A stretch of 64,000 nucleotides of DNA from Solirubrobacterales bacterium (GTDB taxonomy: Bacteria; Actinomycetota; Thermoleophilia; Solirubrobacterales; 70-9). The notes under the pieces were generated by a model, which was not told the origin of the DNA, searched no databases, and saw nothing but the letters and a program-made list of their open reading frames with translations. Location: assembly GCA_036258315.1 (NCBI GenBank), contig DATADX010000029.1:32769-96768 (forward strand), in the 5' to 3' direction. Below, one piece after another: positions 30,939 to 38,777 of this stretch. The position numbers were made by a program, and so were the translations under genes. Positions within the stretch are counted from its first letter, which is position 1. Each line of letters begins with the position of its first letter.

Positions 30939-31943
30939 ATGCCGAACCTCCCTCGCCCGAGACTGCGCCGAGGTGCGCGCGGCGGGCAGCTCGTCGCGCC
31001 CGACCAGGCTGAGTCCCGCGCCCCGCACGTCGAGGAGATCGCCGCCGAGGGTCTGCGCTGGGTGAAGCTCGACCAGCCCGGCGCTCCCGAGGAGGCCTGG
31101 CTGGAGGAGAACTTCGACTTCCACGCTCTCGACCTCGAGGACGTCCTCTCGCGCAACCAGCGCCCGAAGATCGACAAGTACGAGGACTACCTGTTCATCG
31201 TCCTCCAGTTCCCGATCTTCGACAGCACCCGGGGCCGCCTCGGCGCCGGCGAGCTCGACGTGTTCGTCGGCCCCGGCTTCCTCGTCACGATCCCGAACCA
31301 GCCGTTGCAGCCGGTCGACTACCTGTTCGAGCGCTGCCGCTCCAAGGAGGAGCTCCGCGACCAGCTCTTCTCGCGTGGCTCGGGATATCTGCTCTACCGG
31401 CTGGTCGACGACTGCTTCGACTACTGCTTCCCGATGCTGCGCAAGATCGGCAACAAGCTCGACGCGCTCGAGGAGGAGATCTTCGAGGGCCGCTCGGAGG
31501 AGATCGTGCGCGACATCTCCAACGCCAAGCAGGAGATCATCAACTTCCGCAAGGTGATCCGCCCGCAGCGCCCGGTGCTGCGCGATCTCGAGCGCGTCAA
31601 GGAGCGCTACCTCGCCCCCGAGATCGACCTCGAGATCTACTTCGACGACATCGTCGACGCCCACGAGCGCATTTGGGACATCCTCGAGAACTACAAGGAG
31701 GTGATCGAGGCGCTCGAGGGGACGAACGAGTCGGTGATCTCACACCGCGTCAACGACATCCTCCGCGTCCTCACCTCGATCAGCGTGATCGTCCTGCCGC
31801 TCACCCTGCTCGCGAGCCTCTGGGGCATGAACGTCGGCGTCCCCGGCGAGGGCGACGAGGGCGCCTTCTGGGCGATCGTCGGGGGGATGGTCGCGCTGAT
31901 GATCGGGATGATCGCCTTCTTCCGGCGGCGCCGCTGGCTCTAG
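30939..31943 (+). CDS. corA: CorA-family magnesium/cobalt transporter
   Basis: 334 aa. C-terminal WGMNVGVP (GMN motif) between two TM helices. The true start may lie further downstream. Confidence 0.85.
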   Translation: MPNLPRPRLRRGARGGQLVAPDQAESRAPHVEEIAAEGLRWVKLDQPGAPEEAWLEENFDFHALDLEDVLSRNQRPKIDKYEDYLFIVLQFPIFDSTRGRLGAGELDVFVGPGFLVTIPNQPLQPVDYLFERCRSKEELRDQLFSRGSGYLLYRLVDDCFDYCFPMLRKIGNKLDALEEEIFEGRSEEIVRDISNAKQEIINFRKVIRPQRPVLRDLERVKERYLAPEIDLEIYFDDIVDAHERIWDILENYKEVIEALEGTNESVISHRVNDILRVLTSISVIVLPLTLLASLWGMNVGVPGEGDEGAFWAIVGGMVALMIGMIAFFRRRRWL

Positions 31944-32052
31944 CGGCCACCAGGCCGCTCCACTTCGGAGCGAAGGGCGCAGCCCGAAGCGACTTATGTG
32001 GGGCGGCCGCTCGTGGCCGCGACCTGATGGCGAAGCTGTGCTGCCCCCTACG

Positions 32053-32559
32053 ATGACTCCCGTGGCCGATCAGCGGATCTGGGCGCCGTGGCGCCTCAAG
32101 TACGTGAAGGGCGCCAGCGACGACGCCGGCGAAGCGTGCATCTTCTGCGTCAAGCCGGGTGAGGACGAGGAGCGCGACGAGGAGAACCTGATCGTCCACC
32201 GCGGCGAGCGCTGCTTCGTGATCCTGAACAAGTTCCCGTACACGAACGGCCATCTGATGGTCGCCCCGTACGCGCACCTCGCGACGCTCCCGGAGCTCGA
32301 GCCGGACACGGTCGCCGAGCTGATGGCGCTCTCCCAGCGCGCGATGAGGGTGATCGAGGACGTCTACTCCCCGCACGGCTACAACGTCGGCTTCAACCAG
32401 GGCCGCGTCGCCGGCGCGGGCGTCGAGCACCACATCCACATGCACGTCGTGCCCCGCTGGGGCGGCGACACCAACTTCATGCCGGTGCTCGCCGACACCC
32501 GCGTGATGCCGCAGACGCTCGAGCAGAGCTACGCGGCCCTCGCCGGCTCGTTCGACTGA
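32053..32559 (+). CDS. HIT-family nucleotide hydrolase/phosphorylase (Ap4A phosphorylase-like)
   Basis: 168 aa from MTPVADQRIWAPWRLKYV. CIFC and histidine triad HHIHMHVVPR. Confidence 0.78.
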   Translation: MTPVADQRIWAPWRLKYVKGASDDAGEACIFCVKPGEDEERDEENLIVHRGERCFVILNKFPYTNGHLMVAPYAHLATLPELEPDTVAELMALSQRAMRVIEDVYSPHGYNVGFNQGRVAGAGVEHHIHMHVVPRWGGDTNFMPVLADTRVMPQTLEQSYAALAGSFD

Positions 32560-32605
32560 CGGCGGCCTGCCGCCTCGCCCTCCGGCTCCGTAACCTCCCG
32601 CTGCG

Positions 32606-33988
32606 ATGGCGATCACCTCTCCCCCGGCCTCCATCTTCAAGGCCTACGACATCCGCGGAATCTACGGCGAGGAGATGGATGGCGAGACCGCCTTCCTGAT
32701 CGGCCGCGCCTTCGCGCGGGTGCTCGGCGACCGGCGCGGGAAGTCGACCGACAGCCTCGGGGTCGGGCTGGGGCGCGACATGCGGCTCACCTCGCCGGAG
32801 ATGGGCGGCCGCTTCGCCGAGGGCCTGATGGAGGAGGGCTGCCACGTGATGGACGCGGGCGAGATCGCGACCGAGGTCATCTACTACCTGGTCGGCTCGC
32901 GGAGCCTAGACGGCGGCGCGATGATCACGGCCTCGCACAACCCGAAGCCGTACACCGGCGTCAAGCTGGTCCGCGAGGGAGCCCTCCCCCTCTCCGGCGA
33001 CGCGGGGATCGGCGACGTTCGGGACATGGTCGAGAACGGCCTCCCGGAGAAGGGCCCCGGCGGCGGCACGATCGAGGTCGTCGACGTGGTCAGGGAGTTC
33101 CAGGAGGGCGCTCTCGCGATGATCCGCGGCGGCGCCTCGGTGAAGCCGATGCGGGTCGTCGTCGACGGCGGCAACGGAATGGCTGGGCCGACGGTCGGCC
33201 CCCTGCTGCGGCACCTGAAGCTCGACCTCGTCGAGCTCTACTTCGAGCCCGACGGCAACTTTCCCGACCACGAGCCCAACCCGCTCCTCGAGGAGAACCG
33301 GAAGCTGATCACGGAGACGGTCGTCAACGAGGGCGCCGCCCTCGGGATCGCCTGGGACGGCGACGCCGACCGCTGCTTCTTCATCGACAGCGAGGGCACC
33401 TTCGTCGACGGCGACTTCCTCACGGCGCTGCTCGCCGAGTCGCTGCTCACCAAGAAGGGAGGCGGCGACATCCTCTACGACGTCCGCGCGAGTCGCGCGG
33501 TCCCCGACACCGTCAGGGCGGCGGGCGGGACCTCGGAGATGAACCGCGTCGGGCACGCCTTCTTCAAGGCGCGGATGCGCGAGACCGGCGCGATCTTCGG
33601 CGGCGAGGTCTCCGGCCACTACTACTTCCACGACTTCTTCAACGCCGATTCGGGGACTATCCCCGCCCTCCTGGTCCTCGAGCTTCTCTCCGAGAAGGAG
33701 ACGACGATGGTCGAGTTGATGAAGGGCTTCCGCTCGAAGTACTTCATCTCGGGCGAGATCAACTCCGAGGTCACCGATCAGGAGGGGAAGATGGAGGAGA
33801 TCGCGGAGCAGTACTCCGACGGCGAGATCACCCGCCTGGACGGGCTCTCCCTCGACTATCCCGATTGGCACTTCAACGTGCGGCCGTCGAACACCGAGCC
33901 GCTGCTGAGGCTGAACCTCGAGTCGCTGATCTCCCCCGAGCACATGGCCGAGAAGCGGGACGAGGTCCTCGCCCTGATCCGGGCGTGA
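32606..33988 (+). CDS. Phosphomannomutase / phosphoglucomutase
   Basis: 460 aa. Active-site ITASHNP, metal loop AWDGDADR, and GGEVSGHYYF. Confidence 0.9.
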   Translation: MAITSPPASIFKAYDIRGIYGEEMDGETAFLIGRAFARVLGDRRGKSTDSLGVGLGRDMRLTSPEMGGRFAEGLMEEGCHVMDAGEIATEVIYYLVGSRSLDGGAMITASHNPKPYTGVKLVREGALPLSGDAGIGDVRDMVENGLPEKGPGGGTIEVVDVVREFQEGALAMIRGGASVKPMRVVVDGGNGMAGPTVGPLLRHLKLDLVELYFEPDGNFPDHEPNPLLEENRKLITETVVNEGAALGIAWDGDADRCFFIDSEGTFVDGDFLTALLAESLLTKKGGGDILYDVRASRAVPDTVRAAGGTSEMNRVGHAFFKARMRETGAIFGGEVSGHYYFHDFFNADSGTIPALLVLELLSEKETTMVELMKGFRSKYFISGEINSEVTDQEGKMEEIAEQYSDGEITRLDGLSLDYPDWHFNVRPSNTEPLLRLNLESLISPEHMAEKRDEVLALIRA

Positions 33989-35055
33989 GCGAGGAGGCCG
34001 ACGCCGCCACCTGGCAACGCCTGGTCGCCGCCGGGATCCAGACGCTCCGGATTCCGACGCCGTTCCAGGTCGGTCGCGTCAACTGCTATCTGGTCGAGGA
34101 CGAGCCGCTGACGCTCGTCGACGCCGGACCGAACTCGGGGAAGACCCTGGACGAGCTCGAGCATCAGCTCGGGGCGCTCGGGCACCGGATCGAGGACATC
34201 GAGCTGGTGGTGATCACCCATCAGCACATCGACCACCTCGGGCTCGTCGACATCGTCGCCAAGCGCTCGGGCGCGGACGTCGCCGCGATCGACCTGCTCG
34301 TCGACTACGTGAGGAACTTCGGCGACGACGCCGAGCGCGACGACGAGGACGCCGCCGCGCTGATGCTGCGCCACGGGATCTCCGTGGAGGTCGTGCGGGC
34401 GCTTCGCCAGGTGACGGGCAGCTTCCGCGCCTGGGGCTCGAAGGCGGAGATCACCCGCCCGCTCGAGGACGGCGGGACGCTGAAGCTGCGCGACCGCGAG
34501 CTCGAGGTTCAGCTCCGCCCCGGGCACAGCCCGTCCGACACCGTCTTCTGGGACGAGCGCCGCGCGATCCTGATCGCCGGCGATCACCTGATCAAGCACA
34601 TCTCCTCCAACCCTCTCGTGTCGCGGCCGCTCGACGGCAGCGGCGAGCGGCCGCAGGCCCTCGTCAACTACATCGAGTCGCTGCAGAGGACCCGGTTGCT
34701 GCCGACCGAGGTGGTGCTCGCCGGGCACGGCGAGCCGATCACCGACCACGCGGCGCTGATCGAGGAGCGCCTGCAGCTCCACCAGCGCCGCGCCGAGAAG
34801 CTCTATGGGCTGATCGCCGCGGCGCCGCGCACCGGCCACGAGCTCGCCCAGGCGCTGTGGGGGGACGTCGCGGTCACCCAGGCCTTCCTGACGCTCTCTG
34901 AGGTGATCGGGCACGTCGACCTGCTCGTCAACGCCGGGCACGTGCGCGAGGTCGAGCAGCGCGAGGTGATCCGCTACGAGGCGACTAGCGACCGCGGCAA
35001 GGACGAGCTCGGTGACCTGATTCCGGGCGGTAACCCGGCGCGAGCGGCGGGTTAG
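33985..35055 (+). CDS. Metallo-beta-lactamase-fold hydrolase
   Basis: ITHQHIDHLG motif. GTG at 33985 forms a GTGA overlap with the PMM stop. The earlier part of the track ORF is out of context. Confidence 0.72.
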   Translation: MSEEADAATWQRLVAAGIQTLRIPTPFQVGRVNCYLVEDEPLTLVDAGPNSGKTLDELEHQLGALGHRIEDIELVVITHQHIDHLGLVDIVAKRSGADVAAIDLLVDYVRNFGDDAERDDEDAAALMLRHGISVEVVRALRQVTGSFRAWGSKAEITRPLEDGGTLKLRDRELEVQLRPGHSPSDTVFWDERRAILIAGDHLIKHISSNPLVSRPLDGSGERPQALVNYIESLQRTRLLPTEVVLAGHGEPITDHAALIEERLQLHQRRAEKLYGLIAAAPRTGHELAQALWGDVAVTQAFLTLSEVIGHVDLLVNAGHVREVEQREVIRYEATSDRGKDELGDLIPGGNPARAAG

Positions 35056-35063
35056 ACGAAATC

Positions 35064-36074
35064 GTGTCGCCGACGATCGCCCCTGCCCGCGTCCCATCCC
35101 CCGCGGCGCCCGCCCAGCCGCTCGCGCCCGACGCGGCCAGGAAGCGGATGCTGATCATCGTCAACCCCTATGCGACGACCGTGTCGGACCGGCTCAAGAA
35201 CCTCGTGGTCTACGCCCTTCAGGCGCGCTACGACGTCGAGGCCGTCGACACCGAAGCCTCCGAGCACGCGATCGAGATCGGGCGCGAGGCTCGGGACGGC
35301 GCCTACGACATCGTCGTCGCGTTCGGCGGAGACGGGACCCTCAACGAGGTCGCGAACGGCCTCGCCGGGACGGACGTCCCGGTTTCGGTCCTACCCGGCG
35401 GTTCCACCAACGTCGTCGCTCGCACGCTTGGGATCCCGAACGACGTCGTCGACGCGACCGAGCACCTGATCGGGATCGCCGACGACTTTCGTCCCCGCAG
35501 GATCGATCTCGGGCGAATCGACGGGCGGCGCTTCGTGTTCGCCTGCGGGATGGGCCTGGACGCCGCCGTCGTTCGCCGCGTGGATGCCCACCCGAAGCTG
35601 AAGGCGCGCGCCGGTCCCTGGTACTTCACGTGGGCGGCGATCTCGGCGTTCTACCGCCAGTACCTGCGCGACCCGGTTCGGATGTCGGTCGAGCTCGAGG
35701 GGACCCGCTATGAGGGGATCACGACGGTGCTTCAGAACTCGGACCCGTACAGCTACTTCGGCGACCGCCCGATCCGGATCTGCGACGGGGCCGCTCTGGA
35801 CAACGGCACGCTCTCGCTCGCGGTCCTCCGTCGCGCCGCCCAGCGCGACATGCCGACGGTCGCCGCCCGGGTGTTCAGCGAGCAGCACGGCCCCTCGCAT
35901 CACCGCCAGATCGATCACGCCGAGGGCGTCACCGACGCGCTCGTCGGCTCGGTCTCGGACGACCGCGACGGGGTCCGGCGACGCTTCCCGGTCCAGGTCG
36001 ACGGCGACTACATCGGCGACTTCGCCGAGCTCAGGGTCGGGGTCGACCCCGGCGCGCTGACCGTGGTCGCTTAG
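35064..36074 (+). CDS. Diacylglycerol-kinase-family lipid kinase
   Basis: 336 aa. LIIVNP...VVAFGGDGTLNEVANGL...PGGSTN catalytic-domain motifs. Confidence 0.8.
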   Translation: MSPTIAPARVPSPAAPAQPLAPDAARKRMLIIVNPYATTVSDRLKNLVVYALQARYDVEAVDTEASEHAIEIGREARDGAYDIVVAFGGDGTLNEVANGLAGTDVPVSVLPGGSTNVVARTLGIPNDVVDATEHLIGIADDFRPRRIDLGRIDGRRFVFACGMGLDAAVVRRVDAHPKLKARAGPWYFTWAAISAFYRQYLRDPVRMSVELEGTRYEGITTVLQNSDPYSYFGDRPIRICDGAALDNGTLSLAVLRRAAQRDMPTVAARVFSEQHGPSHHRQIDHAEGVTDALVGSVSDDRDGVRRRFPVQVDGDYIGDFAELRVGVDPGALTVVA

Positions 36075-36088
36075 CCAAGGCCGGCCGG

Positions 36089-36526
36089 ATGGCGGGCCCC
36101 GGCAGCTGCGCATTCTGCGCGATCGCGAACGGCGAGACGGCTGCCGAGGTCGTGCTCGAGGACGAGTTGACACTCGCCTTCCTCGACAACCGCCCCCTCT
36201 TCCACGGCCACAGCCTGCTGATCCCGCGCGCCCACCACGAGACCCTCGCGGAGCTGCCCGACGAGCTGGTCGGGCCGCTGTTCGCGAACGCACGCCTCCT
36301 CTCGCGCGCGATCCCCGAGGCGATGGGGAAGCCGGGCTCGCTCGTCGCGCTCAACAACGTCGTCAGCCAGAGCGTCCCGCACCTGCACGTCCACGTCGTC
36401 CCCCGGGTGAAGAAAGACGGTCTGCGCGGCTTCTTCTGGCCGCGGACGAAGTACGAGAGCGACGAGCGGATGTCGGACGTCGCGGCGCAGGTGCGCCAGG
36501 CCGTCGCGGCTAGTCGGTCGGCGTGA
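36089..36526 (+). CDS. HIT-family (Hint-like) protein
   Basis: 145 aa. CAFCAI and histidine triad PHLHVHVVPR. Confidence 0.85.
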   Translation: MAGPGSCAFCAIANGETAAEVVLEDELTLAFLDNRPLFHGHSLLIPRAHHETLAELPDELVGPLFANARLLSRAIPEAMGKPGSLVALNNVVSQSVPHLHVHVVPRVKKDGLRGFFWPRTKYESDERMSDVAAQVRQAVAASRSA

Positions 36527-38777
36527 CGCGGTAGGCGTCGAAGACCGACTCGACGTTGCGGAGCCGCGAGACGCACTGCTTGAGCTGCTCGGTGTCGCCG
36601 ACCTCGACGACGAACCGGTTCTTGACCATCGGGTGCTTGGTCGCGCACTTGGCCTCGAGGATGTTGATGCCGGCCTCGGCGAAGGTGCGCGAGAGGTCCT
36701 CGAGCAGGCGGGTGCGGTCCCACGCGTCGACCTGGAGCTCGACCCGGTAGGAGCTCTCGTTGTCCCCGTCCCAGTGGACGTCGGTGATCCGCTCCGGGGC
36801 CTTCCTGAGCGCCTTCAGGTTGCGGCAGTCCTCGCGGTGCACCGTGATCCCGCGCCCGAGCGAGACGTAGCCGACGATGTCGTCGCCCGGAACCGGGCGG
36901 CAGCACTTGGCGAGGCGGACGGCGACGTCGTCGACGCCCTTCACCTTGATCCCAAAGCTGGTCGCCTCCTTCGTGCGGCGTGCGGCGTCGGCGCCCTTGA
37001 TCAGGCCCTCGGTGGGCTCCTCCTCGACGGCCTCGCCCCGCTTCAGCCGCTGCATCAGCTTGTTGGCGACGACCTTGGTCGAGATCTTCGACTGGCCGAG
37101 GGCGATGTAGAAGTCGTCGGCCTTGCGGAAGCCCATCTCCCGCATCACGTCGGCGAGCAGGGGCGAGCCCGACACCTTGTGCTGAGGCAGGCCGCGCTTC
37201 TTGAGCGCCCCCATCAGCGCTTCGCGCCCGCGGCGCTCGGCGTCGTCGCGTCCTTCGCGCTGGAACCAGGCGCGGATCTTGTTGCGGGCGCGCGAGGTGC
37301 GGACGAGCTTCAGCCAGTCGCGCGAGGGTCCGCGGCCCTGCTTCGCGGTAAGCACCTCGACGATGTCGCCGCTGCGCAGCTGGTAGTGGAGCGGGACGAT
37401 CTTGCCGTTCACCTTCGCTCCGACGCAGCGGTGGCCGACGTCGGTATGGACCGAGTAGGCGAAGTCGAGCGGCGTCGAGCCCGCCGACAGGTTCTTCACC
37501 TCGCCCTTCGGCGTGAACACGAACACCTCGTCCTCGAACAGGTCGACCTTCAGCGCCTGCAGGAACTCGGCCGGGTCGGCCTCCTTCTCCTGTTCGAGCA
37601 GCTGGCGCAGCCAGGTCATCTTCTCCCTGCCGGGCGCGCCGTCGCCGGGGCCCTCCTTGTAGAGGACGTGGGCCGCGATCCCGTACTCGGCGAGGTCGTG
37701 CATCTCCGGGGTCCGGATCTGGATCTCCAGGGGCCGGCCCTCGGGCCCGATCACCGTCGTGTGCAGGGCCTGGTACATGTTCGCCTTCGGCATCGCGATG
37801 AAGTCCTTGAAGCGACCGGGAAGCGGCTTCCAGAGCGAGTGGATGATCCCGATCGCCCCATAGCAGTCCTTCACCGAGCCGACCAGCACCCGCATCGCCG
37901 TCAGGTCGAAGATCTCGTTGAACTCCCGCCCCTTGCGAGTCATCTTCGTGTAGATCGAGTAGAAGTGCTTGGCCCGGCCCGAGATCTCGGCCTCGATCTC
38001 GACCACCTTCAGCTCTTTGGACAGGAACTTGCCGGCGTCGGTGACGTAGCGCTCCCGCTCGGTGCGCTGCTGGGCGACGAGCTCCTTGATCTCGTCGTAC
38101 TTGCGCGGGTGCAGGGTCGAGAAGGCGAGGTCCTCGAGCTCCCATTTGATCGCGTGGATCCCGAGCCGGTGTGCGAGCGGGGCGAAGATCTCGAGGGTCT
38201 CGCGGGCCTTCTCGTGCTGCTTCTGCTTCGGCAGCGCCTCGAGCGTGCGCATGTTGTGGAGACGGTCGGCCAGCTTGATCAGGATCACCCTGACGTCGGT
38301 GGCCATCGCGACCATCATCTTCCGGTAGTTCTCCGCCTGGCGCTCGTCGCGGCTCTTGAACGTGATCCCGGTCAGCTTGGTGACGCCGTCGACCAGCGAC
38401 GCGATCTCGTCGCCGAAGCGCTCGCGGACCTGCTCGATGCTGGCGCTCGTGTCCTCGACGGTGTCGTGGAGCAGGGCCGCGCAGAGCGTCGCGGTGTCGA
38501 GGCGGAGGCCCGCGCAGATCCGAGCGACGCCGAGCGGGTGCGTGATGAAGTCCTCGCCGGACTTGCGCTCCTGCCCCGCGTGGCTCTCGCACGAGAACGC
38601 GAAGGCGCGCTCGATCTCCTCGCGGTCGCCGGACTCCGCCGGAGCGGCAGCGTGCTCCTGCACAACCGCGAACAGGTCGCCGAGCAGCGCGCGCTGGTCG
38701 GCGGACAGCTCCGCGGTGATCGCGTCGGCCTTCGGTGTCTTGGCGGCGCCGTTGGACGGCGCCTCTCCGACCTTCAG
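36510..38777 (-). CDS. relA: Bifunctional (p)ppGpp synthetase/hydrolase Rel
   Basis: HD domain (HDTVEDT), synthetase domain (YSIYTKM, YQALHTTV), and TGS and ACT regions. The start is uncertain. CTG at 38777 would give a CTGA overlap with the recJ stop, and GTG at 38663 is the alternative. The upstream part of the track ORF overlaps recJ and was discarded. Confidence 0.88.
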   Translation of the reverse strand: MKVGEAPSNGAAKTPKADAITAELSADQRALLGDLFAVVQEHAAAPAESGDREEIERAFAFSCESHAGQERKSGEDFITHPLGVARICAGLRLDTATLCAALLHDTVEDTSASIEQVRERFGDEIASLVDGVTKLTGITFKSRDERQAENYRKMMVAMATDVRVILIKLADRLHNMRTLEALPKQKQHEKARETLEIFAPLAHRLGIHAIKWELEDLAFSTLHPRKYDEIKELVAQQRTERERYVTDAGKFLSKELKVVEIEAEISGRAKHFYSIYTKMTRKGREFNEIFDLTAMRVLVGSVKDCYGAIGIIHSLWKPLPGRFKDFIAMPKANMYQALHTTVIGPEGRPLEIQIRTPEMHDLAEYGIAAHVLYKEGPGDGAPGREKMTWLRQLLEQEKEADPAEFLQALKVDLFEDEVFVFTPKGEVKNLSAGSTPLDFAYSVHTDVGHRCVGAKVNGKIVPLHYQLRSGDIVEVLTAKQGRGPSRDWLKLVRTSRARNKIRAWFQREGRDDAERRGREALMGALKKRGLPQHKVSGSPLLADVMREMGFRKADDFYIALGQSKISTKVVANKLMQRLKRGEAVEEEPTEGLIKGADAARRTKEATSFGIKVKGVDDVAVRLAKCCRPVPGDDIVGYVSLGRGITVHREDCRNLKALRKAPERITDVHWDGDNESSYRVELQVDAWDRTRLLEDLSRTFAEAGINILEAKCATKHPMVKNRFVVEVGDTEQLKQCVSRLRNVESVFDAYRVTPTD

